From positions 1 to 57,601 of IMG/VR virus record IMGVR_UViG_3300027956_000010: DNA of 57,601 bases, one strand, 5' to 3'. Shown here piece after piece: positions 47,782 to 57,601 of this stretch (its first letter is position 1; every line of letters begins with the position of its first letter). The notes beneath the pieces are model-generated. The model saw only the letters and a list, made by a program, of their open reading frames with translations. It was not told the origin of the DNA and ran no database searches. The position numbers and the translations under genes are program-made. Source of the stretch: a virus (lineage: Duplodnaviria > Caudoviricetes).

Positions 47782-50700
47782 ATGGCTACCTGTCCAAATA
47801 AGAACCTTGAAAGCTGGCAAAATCTAGTGGTCTCTAGAGGAAATGATGTTGCTCATTACCTATGGGACAAGTATGATGGTATTGTTCCAGAGTCTGAGAG
47901 TAAACAGTCTGTTGTAAAAGCTGGTCTAAAGGCTGTTAATGCTTTGCAAACAGACAAGGCTGTTACACTGTTCAGCACCTTAGATAGAAACAAGGTGAAA
48001 GGAGATGCCTTTTGGAACAAGGTGCAAGCAGACCTACAGATTCCTAAGGAGCAGATTGAGCTCCTCAAGCAATACAACACCACCAATCGTGAAGAGTTGA
48101 TTGCCAATATGTTAGGTGATTACAGCTTTGCTATTGAGATTAATCTTGCTAAAAAAACTGAGATTGTACCAACTAGAGAATTAACTCAAGAAGAATTAGA
48201 AGCTTCTGAATATATTGACCCTTATATGATTGGGGTGCCTAGTGAAGAAAAAGCTATTCCTACTCAATACTATTCTAACCTAACAGTTCCAGGAGGAACC
48301 AACTATACAGAGAATGAAATAGCCACACCAGCTATAACACCTGCTATCAAAGGACATGCTCAGTTTGCTACAGATAAAGGTATTGGATGGTTTAGAAGTG
48401 ATGATTCTGTAGTTGGTATTCAAAATAGAAAAGCATTACCTCAAGAAATAGAAGAAGCTAGAGACACCCAAGGTGTTCAAGCAGCTAAAGAATTAGAAAA
48501 AAATGGTGTTCCTAGTGTTGGAGGTACATTAACTAAAACTCGTAGAATACTAGAAGTACAATCTGATTTGTTTCAGAAGGGTAGAGAAAGAGAAGATTTG
48601 ATTAATAAAAAACCAGGAGACTTTGAAGATGAGATTAGACAAGAGCCTGATGGTACTTGGAGCATTTACAATAATGTTATAGGTCTTATACAAGGAGGAT
48701 TCAAAAATGAGAAAGAAGCAATTGAGTTTAGTGGTCCGTCAAAGGAGGACGTTTCTAAAAATCAATTCCTACAACTCTTAAACAAGGGTAATAACTGGGT
48801 GACATTCTTTATCAAATCCATCATCCAGGACTCAGCTAAGAAGGGATATGAGAAGGTGTTGTTTCCTAAAGGAGATACAGCTAGTAAGGTGGAAGGTCAT
48901 AGTACATTAGAAGAGTTTAAAAGAGAAAAAGAAGATAGGATTAAATTTGTAGAGTCTGAAAAAGAAAAAATATTAGAAATGAAAGGTATGTCTGAGCAAG
49001 AGTACCTTAATACTAAACCTGAATTAAATAGCATAGAAAGTATAAACAGAGAGATAAACCAGCTCAAACAAGAACTTGAAAGAGTGGAGACAGAGGGCTT
49101 TGGTGCTCTTAGACCCATTTACAACTTCTATGAAACCACTGTAGCTAATGTTCTGAAGAAGCAGGGATACAGTCCTAAGGTGGTGACAGATGAATATGGT
49201 AATCAGTGGAATGAGGTGAGTCTTGATAAGGAAAGAGATAGAGAGAAAATACTGTTCCAAATAGAAGGCGTACCTACCTCTAGAGCTTCTGAATCCACTG
49301 TAGCTAAGATGAAAGAGGCAGCTAAGCAGATGGGAATTAACATCCAATCTCTAGCTGACTATGCTAAAGCTAATCCCGACATTGATACAAAGGGTGTTAA
49401 TGGTGTAGCTGATTTAGCTAAGATGTCTGTAGCTGTAGCTGCTGGCAGAGAAGATGTTGCTCTAACAGAGGAGATTGTTCACATCTCTAGAGCAATGATT
49501 GAACAGGTTGATCCTAAGCTAGTTACAGAAATGATCTCCAAGATTGAGAGATTCAAAATATACAAGCAGGTATTTGAGAAGTATAAGGATAATCCCTACT
49601 ATCAACTATCTGACGGAAGACCTAACATCCGTAAGATAAAGATGGAGGCTGTGGATAAGCTCATTACAGAAGTGATTATCAACAGAAATGAGGGCACCAC
49701 AGAATATCCAGAACTGATGCAAGAGGAAACTAGAAGCATCATTCAACAGTGGTGGGATGCTATCAAAGATATGATCAGAAGCATCTATAGGAAGTCTAGT
49801 ATAGATGTATTTGAAGAAGCTGCAGCAAGAATTGAAGGAGGTGAACTAGTTACAGATTTTCTTGGAAATGAGGTGTTCCTACAGATAGCTCCCAATGATG
49901 AGGTGAACAAGTTCTATGACGCACTGGCTCAAATGGATGCCAGTATGATTCTTGTTAATACAGATCCTAATGATAGACACTACACATACAACAATGAGCG
50001 TGTTACAAGAAGTGTTACACAGAAGATAAAAGAAGAGGTGGGTAAACCGTTTGAAAGGTCTCCCATGGATAAGCTAGAAGATGACCAGAAGAGAGATTGG
50101 GGTACAGATGTGCATGCTTTCATGGATGACTATGTTACAAACAATCTTATAGATAAAGATGGATTTGCAAGAGCTCAGTTCTTAGATACTCCTATTGAAT
50201 CAAGACTGTCCTCTGCTATTCAGGAAAGACTGAGAAACTTTGCAAAAGAACTCATTCGTTCCTACAAGCCTGGTACAAGATTTAGAGTGGAAAGTAAGAT
50301 AGTGAACACCAAGGCTAAAGGAATGATTGGTACAACAGCAGACTTCATTGCTATTGAGCCTGATGAAAAGAAAGGATTTGTAGTGGATATGCTTGACTGG
50401 AAAACCATGAGTCTTGATAAAACTCAGGATGAAGATGTTCCTTGGTATAAACAAGCTGAGTGGAAACTTCAGATGGGTGAGCAGTCAAAGATTATGTATA
50501 ATCTAAAGGTAGAACCTGGTCAACTTAGAAAAGCACGTATGGTTCCTTTCTTAGCTAACTATACATATGCTGTTCAGGGAGATCGTAAGAGTGGTCTTGT
50601 GCTGTCTTCTATGGAAATAGGAAAGCTAGACAGCTTGCAGGAAACTAACCTATATCTTCTGCCTGTTCCATTGAACACAGAGTCTACAGGTAACGCTGAG

Positions 50701-53700
50701 GTGGATAGACTACTTGCTTCTATGAGACAGTATTATGATAAGTTAGCAAAAGTATTTGTCTCTCCTGAAGAGAAATATGCCAAAAGACTAACCCTTGGTG
50801 AGATAAGCAAGGCTATACGCCATTTGCACATGAAGCTTGACTTTGGTCCTTTAGCAAACGTAGGTAGAACCTTCTTGAACAATGCTGCTGAAACACTCAA
50901 AACATTTGAAAATATTGATTACAATACACTTAGTAAAGAAGAGCTTAGAAAGAAGCTAGGTGATTTGTTAGAGTATAGAACAAGTGCTGAGAAGTTTGCT
51001 ACAATGGACCAGGTGTTCATTAACCATATTGGTAAAGAGAACTTGCGTGATGAAGACAAGAAAACTCTTAAGTCTTTAGAAGACATCAATACATCCACAG
51101 AAAGGATGCTTAAAAAGATTGATCAGATTCAGAAGGACTTTGTGGTACAATATGCCATTAAGGAAAACTTTATAGAAGATACAGAAACAGCTAAAGAGAA
51201 CTTCCTAGCTGCAGAGAAAGAGGTGGATGGTCTTTCCAAAACCTTCTTAGAAGGATCTAAGCTTGCTCCTGTAAACACTCGTCTTGCATCCAATCTTATT
51301 ATGAACGCTAAGAGCTTAGTGAATATCAAGATGTCTAGGCTCATTAACGAGTTTGAGAAACTTCTACTTCCTTTGTATGAAGATGCTAAACGTTCTGGTA
51401 GAAGTGCATTTGACATGATTGGTACAGTGAATAATGGAAGACTGCAACTAATCAAGAAGATTGATAGAAAGTTCTGGGATGAAATCTCTGAGAATGCTAA
51501 AGCTAAAAATAAACAGTTCTTCTTAGAGAACATGGATCGTGAGAAGTATAATGCTCTAGCCAAAGAAGCTATTGATAGAGGAATTAAAGAACTTAACACT
51601 ATCAAGTTTTCTTCAGATCCAGACCAAGATGAGCTCAAAAGGAAGTTCAGAATCAAGCAGTTGAAAAACTCTCTTGATATTAATCTTGAAACATTTAATG
51701 GTTATAAACAAGGACAGTTCAAATATCTCTTTAATCAAGTGATGAAAGAGGAAGGTCACTACTCTCCAGAATACCTACAAATGAGAGGTAATGAGAATGC
51801 CATGAAAATGTGGACATTCTTAACCAATCTAAATCAAAGAGCTAAAGACTTAGGATATTTAGATCAGGAAGGAATATCTTTCTTCCCATTAGTAGAAGCC
51901 ACACTCCTTCAGAAGATGTCTCAAAGTTCTGAAACAACTAAACAGATTAAGGACTTCTTTAATGACATGTACACTACAAAGATAGATGAACTTCCTGCAC
52001 ATGCTAAGATTGATCCTGAGACTGGTGATGTAAAAAGACAAATTCCTCGTTTCTTTAAAAGAACTGAGAAGGCTGTAGATGAACTTTCTAAAGACCTAAA
52101 CAAGGTGGGTACACTTTGGATTAAGGCTTTATTAGAATATGAGAATGCTAAAGAGATGGAAAACATCCTTCTCACCCTACATAACGTAGAGGAAAGCAAA
52201 GGACACATTATCACTGCTCCTGATGGAAGTATTGTATATGAAGGAAATGTTCCAAGAGTTGGTGATGATAACATTAAGAACGCGGCTCTTTTAAAGACAA
52301 TTATTGATGATGAGGTGTATGGTATTACAGAAGACCTGTCTTCTCTTGGGAATGTGAACATGAACAGACTTGCTGGACAGCTTCAAAAGGATGAGGAAAG
52401 CAAAGAGAAAACTGTACTCTCTATTAAAAAGGGACTGGATACATCAAACGTTCTTGTAAGAGCACTAGCTGTAGGTTTAAAACCCCTGATTGCTATTGCC
52501 AACTATTTCGGATTCAACTTCCAGGCATTTATTAATGCTGGAAACATGTATAGATTCAGAGAGTTTGAAGCTCAGAACTTAGCCATCACTACAGGAGTGG
52601 GTCTCAGCACATTAGATAAAGGGCTTATAGATTTAGTAGTCCCTTTGAATGAAGATATTTCTGCAGAGAAAAGAAGAGGTATTGCTTGGAAACAAGGCTT
52701 CCGTGAGTATCTGGGAACCTGGACATTTACAGATGTAATGATGTCCACCAACGCATTCCCTGATAGAAAGCTACAGCTTGCTAATGCACTGGCTTTCAAT
52801 AAGAACTCAATGGTGATGGATGGTAAGATTGTGAACATTAGACAATATGTAAAGGCTCAGGATAGAGCTAGATATAAGACAATGTCTGAGGCTGAAAGAA
52901 GAACATATGAGAAGGGATATGAGGAGCGTGTGAAGGCTTTGAAAGAAAGCTCGTCTCTTGATAAGGTGGCTAAAATAGAAGATGGTCAGGTGGTAATTCC
53001 TGGAGTGAGTGATGAGGAGCTGGCAAAATACCGTACCAAGGTGATTGAGTATGGTAGAAATCTAAGTGGTCAAATGAACTCAGATAATAAAGCTGGTTAC
53101 AGAAGAGATGCTCTGTTCCGTTCCTTCATGATGTTTAAAACCTGGATACCTAAACAAATCTTTGTAAGGGGTCAGGATATTCAAAAGAGTGAGGAACAAG
53201 AAGAATGGGAGTATGGTAGAACACGTCTATTCTTCAAAACCTGGGCTCAGCTGGGCTTGTTCAATGTCTTCCAAATGAGACAAGTGCTTCTTGGAACAGA
53301 CAAAGGACTGAAGATACTGGACGAGATGTTGGAAGCTAAGAGAGAAGACCACTTCAAGAAAACTGGTAAGAAACTGGAAATCACAGACGAAGAGTTCTAT
53401 GACCTGGTGAGAAGACAGCTCTCTAACCAAATGAAAGAGCTTGGTCTACTGTTTAGTGTAATGGGACTTGTAATAGCTGCTAAGGCTGCTGAACCTCCTG
53501 AGGATGCTGATGAGCTCACCAGAAATAGATATAAGTTCTGGGCTAAAGCCATCAATAAGGTATCAGACGAGCTTAAGTTCTATTACGATCCTAGGTCCTT
53601 TGAGAGCATCACCAAGGGTAGCGTAATGCCTGCTGTAGGTCTTATTTCCAAGTCTGCTCAGCTGATTGATAACCTACAAAGAGAGGTGACAGGATATGCT

Positions 53701-53862
53701 ATAAATGATGAGAAGATGATGGAAAAAGCTCATCCAATCAAATACTTCCTTAACCTAATGCCTGTTGGATATCAGTTCCAAACAGAGGTGCTGCCTTATA
53801 TAGATCCTGAACTTGCTAAGTCTCTTGGAATAAGAGTTACTACTGAGTCAAGAATTAGGTAG
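47782..53862 (+). CDS. Large cargo protein with degenerate zincin and PD-(D/E)XK nuclease-like domains
   Basis: N-terminal CPN motif; EEIVH (49468-49482); WGTDVH..VESKI..GTTADFI..LDWKT..LQ (about 50100-50480); hydrophobic segment near the C-terminus. Confidence 0.7.
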   Translation: MATCPNKNLESWQNLVVSRGNDVAHYLWDKYDGIVPESESKQSVVKAGLKAVNALQTDKAVTLFSTLDRNKVKGDAFWNKVQADLQIPKEQIELLKQYNTTNREELIANMLGDYSFAIEINLAKKTEIVPTRELTQEELEASEYIDPYMIGVPSEEKAIPTQYYSNLTVPGGTNYTENEIATPAITPAIKGHAQFATDKGIGWFRSDDSVVGIQNRKALPQEIEEARDTQGVQAAKELEKNGVPSVGGTLTKTRRILEVQSDLFQKGREREDLINKKPGDFEDEIRQEPDGTWSIYNNVIGLIQGGFKNEKEAIEFSGPSKEDVSKNQFLQLLNKGNNWVTFFIKSIIQDSAKKGYEKVLFPKGDTASKVEGHSTLEEFKREKEDRIKFVESEKEKILEMKGMSEQEYLNTKPELNSIESINREINQLKQELERVETEGFGALRPIYNFYETTVANVLKKQGYSPKVVTDEYGNQWNEVSLDKERDREKILFQIEGVPTSRASESTVAKMKEAAKQMGINIQSLADYAKANPDIDTKGVNGVADLAKMSVAVAAGREDVALTEEIVHISRAMIEQVDPKLVTEMISKIERFKIYKQVFEKYKDNPYYQLSDGRPNIRKIKMEAVDKLITEVIINRNEGTTEYPELMQEETRSIIQQWWDAIKDMIRSIYRKSSIDVFEEAAARIEGGELVTDFLGNEVFLQIAPNDEVNKFYDALAQMDASMILVNTDPNDRHYTYNNERVTRSVTQKIKEEVGKPFERSPMDKLEDDQKRDWGTDVHAFMDDYVTNNLIDKDGFARAQFLDTPIESRLSSAIQERLRNFAKELIRSYKPGTRFRVESKIVNTKAKGMIGTTADFIAIEPDEKKGFVVDMLDWKTMSLDKTQDEDVPWYKQAEWKLQMGEQSKIMYNLKVEPGQLRKARMVPFLANYTYAVQGDRKSGLVLSSMEIGKLDSLQETNLYLLPVPLNTESTGNAEVDRLLASMRQYYDKLAKVFVSPEEKYAKRLTLGEISKAIRHLHMKLDFGPLANVGRTFLNNAAETLKTFENIDYNTLSKEELRKKLGDLLEYRTSAEKFATMDQVFINHIGKENLRDEDKKTLKSLEDINTSTERMLKKIDQIQKDFVVQYAIKENFIEDTETAKENFLAAEKEVDGLSKTFLEGSKLAPVNTRLASNLIMNAKSLVNIKMSRLINEFEKLLLPLYEDAKRSGRSAFDMIGTVNNGRLQLIKKIDRKFWDEISENAKAKNKQFFLENMDREKYNALAKEAIDRGIKELNTIKFSSDPDQDELKRKFRIKQLKNSLDINLETFNGYKQGQFKYLFNQVMKEEGHYSPEYLQMRGNENAMKMWTFLTNLNQRAKDLGYLDQEGISFFPLVEATLLQKMSQSSETTKQIKDFFNDMYTTKIDELPAHAKIDPETGDVKRQIPRFFKRTEKAVDELSKDLNKVGTLWIKALLEYENAKEMENILLTLHNVEESKGHIITAPDGSIVYEGNVPRVGDDNIKNAALLKTIIDDEVYGITEDLSSLGNVNMNRLAGQLQKDEESKEKTVLSIKKGLDTSNVLVRALAVGLKPLIAIANYFGFNFQAFINAGNMYRFREFEAQNLAITTGVGLSTLDKGLIDLVVPLNEDISAEKRRGIAWKQGFREYLGTWTFTDVMMSTNAFPDRKLQLANALAFNKNSMVMDGKIVNIRQYVKAQDRARYKTMSEAERRTYEKGYEERVKALKESSSLDKVAKIEDGQVVIPGVSDEELAKYRTKVIEYGRNLSGQMNSDNKAGYRRDALFRSFMMFKTWIPKQIFVRGQDIQKSEEQEEWEYGRTRLFFKTWAQLGLFNVFQMRQVLLGTDKGLKILDEMLEAKREDHFKKTGKKLEITDEEFYDLVRRQLSNQMKELGLLFSVMGLVIAAKAAEPPEDADELTRNRYKFWAKAINKVSDELKFYYDPRSFESITKGSVMPAVGLISKSAQLIDNLQREVTGYAINDEKMMEKAHPIKYFLNLMPVGYQFQTEVLPYIDPELAKSLGIRVTTESRIR

Positions 53863-53900
53863 TCTATAGCTATATTATGTCGTTTATTTACTCATAACTC

Positions 53901-53931
53901 ATTGAAAATACATTACTAACAACTAATTTTG
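53901..53931 (+). promoter_or_regulatory. Bacteroidota-type promoter for the distal fibre genes
   Basis: ATTG (53901-04), 19-nt spacer, TAATTTTG (53924-31); ATG at 53937 implies a near-leaderless mRNA. Confidence 0.6.
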
Positions 53932-53936
53932 CTTAT

Positions 53937-54332
53937 ATGCGTACTGCTGCAATTTGCCCAACCTGTGCCACCTATGAAAACGCTGTGTGCGTGCTCTATA
54001 ATGGTGAGTATCTGACCAATATTGACGTTAACCCCCTTGATTCTCTAGAGGTTGCGCTTGGTAAGATAAACAATAATCTTGTTCCCACAACGGGAACTGC
54101 TGCCCCTTCAGCTGCTGCTATTTATTTAGGGCAGTTTTATGTAAGAACTTCTGGGGCTAAGAATCTATACTATGCCCAAACTACAGGTACAGGTGCCTTG
54201 GATTGGAGAATAGTCCTTTCTGTACCTTATGCAGGTGCTCCTGAATATGCTGACAATGCTGCAGCTATTGCTGGTGGCCTGTTTATAGGTCAAGTCTACC
54301 GTACTGGTGACACATTGAAAATCGTACACTAA
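53937..54332 (+). CDS. Short fibre/appendage protein
   Basis: N-terminal Cys docking module shared with ORF 15280; C-terminal YADNAAAIAGGL..YRTGD.LKIVH, a motif I recall from Bacteroidota phage fibre ends. Confidence 0.65.
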   Translation: MRTAAICPTCATYENAVCVLYNGEYLTNIDVNPLDSLEVALGKINNNLVPTTGTAAPSAAAIYLGQFYVRTSGAKNLYYAQTTGTGALDWRIVLSVPYAGAPEYADNAAAIAGGLFIGQVYRTGDTLKIVH

Positions 54333-54341
54333 GCTTAAGAC

Positions 54342-57300
54342 ATGAACGTATTACCCTCTATACTGAACTATGGAAGTTCGGGATCTAGTGGCACATCTGG
54401 AACGGTGGCTACTAAGATTTCCTGTCCAACACCCTCTCCTAAGGTTGGTCCAGCCCCTGTAATGTGCTTCTCAGATCCATGTCCTGTCATACTGAACGCC
54501 ACTTGTGTGTTCTATGAAGGACCAGATTTGATCTGTACAGGGATTAACACTAATGACAACCTTCAGACGGTAATTCAGAAGTTGGAAATTGTATGTTCTT
54601 CTGGAATAGGGGGTGGAGGAACTGATGGAACTTCTGGTACTTCAGGAAGCTCTGGTACGTCTGGAGTTTCTGGAAGCTCTGGAACATCTGGTAATGCAGG
54701 CACTAGTGGTACCTCTGGTAGCTCTGGTGTTAATGGAACCTCTGGTACATCAGGAACACACGGTAGTTCAGGTACTTCAGGTACGCGTGGTACTTCAGGA
54801 ACATCTGGTAGCTCTGGTACTTCTGGTAAAGATGCTCAGTTAGCAATTTGGCTTTATAACGATAGCACAGATACATCTGTAGATCCTGGAACTGGATACT
54901 TTACAATAAACAATACATGGTCAGCTGTTCCTACAGAGATAGCAATAGATGACTTTTCCTATAGTCCTAGTGTACTTTTTTCAGGATTTTTAAACACAAT
55001 TACTCCAGGCGCTATAATCAAGATAGTAAAGATTACAGACGCCTCTGTATATAAAGTTTTACAAGTAGTAACTACAGTGCCCCTCCAACCAGGGTTTGAA
55101 TTATATAATGTAATACAACTTGCATCTGGAGGACCAGACCCAATTTTAAATGACGAGTTTTCAATAAACGTAGTGGGTTCTCCTGGTACTTCTGGAACCT
55201 CAGGCACATCAGGTACTTCTGGTACAGCTGGTACCACGGGTACCTCAGGTAGTTCTGGAACTAGCGGAACAACTGGTACAAGTGGTTCATCTGGCACTTC
55301 AGGTAGTTCTGGTTCTACAGGTACATCAGGCACAAGTGGAACCACGGGAACTAGTGGAACTACAGGTACGAGTGGTAGCTCAGGTACAAGTGGAACGTCA
55401 GGTTCTAGTGGCACTGCTGGTACTAGTGGAACGACTGGAACTAGCGGTACAACAGGGACATCTGGTACTACGGGAACATCTGGTAGTTCAGGTACTAGTG
55501 GAACAAGTGGTACAACTGGAACCTCAGGAACCAGTGGAACTACGGGAACCAGTGGGTCATCTGGTACATCTGGTACAGATGGTAGTGGTGGAACGTCTGG
55601 AACATCTGGAACCTCTGGAAGTTCTGGTACAACAGGAACCAGTGGAACGTCAGGTACTACTGGTACGAGTGGAACAACTGGTACATCTGGTAGTAGCGGC
55701 ACCTCAGGAACTGATGGTACATCAGGTACCTCTGGCACATCAGGCACCGCTGGAACAAGTGGAACCTCAGGTACTGATGGAACAGGAGGAACTTCTGGAA
55801 CATCAGGTACGTCTGGATCAAGCGGTACAGCTGGAACTTCTGGAACAACAGGAACTTCTGGCACCTCTGGAACGTCAGGAACAACAGGTACTAGTGGTAC
55901 TTCAGGCACAACAGGTACGTCAGGAACTACAGGAACCTCAGGTACAAGTGGTACGAGTGGAACTGATGGAACAGGAGGTACAAGCGGTACGTCTGGAACA
56001 AGTGGCACCTCTGGTACTAGCGGTACGAGTGGTACAACAGGCACATCAGGAACATCAGGTACGACTGGTACGTCTGGCTCATCAGGTACTAGTGGAACAG
56101 ACGGAAGTGGTGGAACTAGTGGTACTTCAGGTACAACGGGAACAAGCGGTACTACAGGTACCTCTGGATCAAGTGGCACCAGCGGTACTACAGGAACTAG
56201 TGGTTCAAGTGGTACAACAGGTCTAGTGGTACGTCAGGAACTGACGGAACTTCAGGTACAAGTGGAACAACAGGTACTTCTGGAACCAGTGGTACAGATG
56301 GTACAGGAGGAACATCAGGAACATCAGGAAGTACAGGTACATCTGGAACATCAGGTACAACTGGTACAAGCGGAACTAGTGGTACTAGTGGCACTTCAGG
56401 AAGTACAGGTACATCAGGGACCAGTGGTACAACAGGAACTAGTGGAACAACGGGAACTTCTGGTACTACAGGAACTTCTGGAAGTAGTGGAACAAGTGGA
56501 TCTTCTGGATCTTCAGGTACTTCTGGAACAAGTGGGACTACAGGTACATCTGGTACAACGGGTACAAGTGGTACATCAGGTCAAAATGGTGTATCTGGTG
56601 GACTTGTATACTATCTAAATCAATCAGTAAATACTAGTAGTGCAATAGGCACTCCTACATATAAGCAGTGGTCTGGTACACCTACAGGTGGAGCAGAACA
56701 AACTGTAACAACAAGTATTGCAGGTAATAATACACGAACTCTATTTGCTACATATGCTACAGACTCAAATGTTCCAGGTGTAACAAATTTACCTTCGGGA
56801 CTTTGGTCTTGGGTGACACACTTCTCAATAGATGCTAATGTCACTGTAAGAGTGGATGTAGAGCTTTACAAATGTGACTCCACAGGTGGAAGTGTGGTGC
56901 TCTTAGGAACCACCAATCTTGATAGTGAGGTGTTGACCACTGGTGTTATCAAAGAGTTTTTCACAGATTTATTCCTTCCTCAAACTGGAGTGTTAGCTAC
57001 AGATAGACTTTATTGTCAAATCTATGTACAACACTCAGGTGCTGGAAATCAAAATATTACATTCTATACTGAAGGAACAAGTAACTACTCATACGCACAA
57101 ACTACATTCACCCCTCCTTCAGGTACCTCAGGTACTAGTGGAGTGAATGGAACAAGTGGAACTTCAGGCACTTCTGGTTCTTCTGGTTCTTCTGGTACAT
57201 CGGGTACCACTGGTACTAGTGGATCATCAGGGGTGTCAGGATCTTCAGGTACTTCAGGTACTTCTGGAACGACAGGTACCTCTGGGACTAGTGGAACGAC

Positions 57301-57601
57301 TGGTACCTCAGGAACAACTGGTACATCTGGTTCTTCAGGTACCACTGGCACTAGTGGTACGTCTGGAACAAGTGGAACTAATGGTAGTGCTGGTACATCT
57401 GGAACTAGTGGTACAAGAGGAACTTCTGGTACATCTGGAACCACAGGCACTAGCGGTACATCTGGAGTTAATGGGGCAAATGGAACTAGTGGAACAACAG
57501 GAACATCTGGTTCTAGTGGAACCTCAGGGACCACTGGTACGTCAGGTAGTAGTGGTACTACAGGAACAAGTGGCTCTAGTGGGACATCTGGAACTAGTGG
57601 T
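54342..57601 (+). CDS. Collagen-like (Gly-Thr-Ser)n fibre protein; 1-nt frameshift at ~56223; truncated by the window end
   Basis: Gly-X-Y repeats continue after 56222 in the -1 frame (codons from 56225), which stays open through a globular domain (56582-57120) to 57601. Confidence 0.8.
54618..54827 (+). repeat. Gly-X-Y (GTS/GSS) block 1
   Basis: 9-nt periodicity visible in the sequence. Confidence 0.9.
55185..56581 (+). repeat. Gly-X-Y (GTS/GTT/GSS/GTD) block 2, about 155 triplets
   Basis: 9-nt periodicity with heavy synonymous variation. Confidence 0.95.
57122..57601 (+). repeat. Gly-X-Y block 3 (runs off the window)
   Basis: Same periodicity as blocks 1 and 2. Confidence 0.95.

Noticed and set aside
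34541-53430. Numerous 60-175-aa antisense or alternate-frame ORFs within the giant genes
   Set aside because: Expected shadows of biased codon usage; no independent expression signals or recognisable motifs.
55185-56581. CRISPR array, DGR repeat or InaZ-type ice-nucleation repeat
   Set aside because: No identical repeats with unique spacers, no reverse transcriptase or adenine-specific TR/VR pair, and the period is 3 aa rather than the 8/16-aa InaZ motif.
54959-57534. Pro/Val-rich antisense ORFs and the alternate-frame ORFs 54613-54843 and 55282-56226
   Set aside because: Stop-poor by-products of the 9-nt GTS repeat.
1-57601. Stop-codon reassignment as in some gut crAss lineages
   Set aside because: Genes are full-length in code 11 and end in TAA, TAG (8164, 17622, 53862) and TGA (3019, 12318, 21236) at sensible boundaries.

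Overview
This window is the virion-morphogenesis arm of a crAss-like (Crassvirales-type) podophage. Its promoters (TTTG-N19-21-TAnnTTTG) point to a Bacteroidota host, and it uses the standard genetic code. The left end holds one minus-strand gene with its own terminator, then a GC-rich, palindrome-dense divergence region containing an exact 14-bp parS core. The + strand then runs: HTH, HU/IHF-like and Zn-finger small genes; terminase; portal; an SPFH protein; scaffold-like protein; major capsid protein; a ~170-nt structured intergenic RNA candidate; head-completion genes; Cys-rich and poly-Thr fibre genes; a metallophosphoesterase; ring/tail-tube genes; a split tail-stabilisation (muzzle) gene; cargo proteins full of xxxG(G) motifs; a 4503-aa virion RNA polymerase polyprotein (DFDID, HExxH zincin, inserted ART-like cassette); a 2026-aa cargo protein with a PD-(D/E)XK-like domain; and a (Gly-Thr-Ser)n fibre gene with a 1-nt frameshift that runs off the window end. 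The most novel signals are: (i) a mix-and-match appendage system of shared docking modules, Thr/Ser stalks and small Cys domains spread over at least 7 genes; (ii) the ART-like cassette nested in the RNAP; (iii) the parS-like site; (iv) the post-capsid structured RNA. All calls come from motif reading, synteny and recall; no searches were run.
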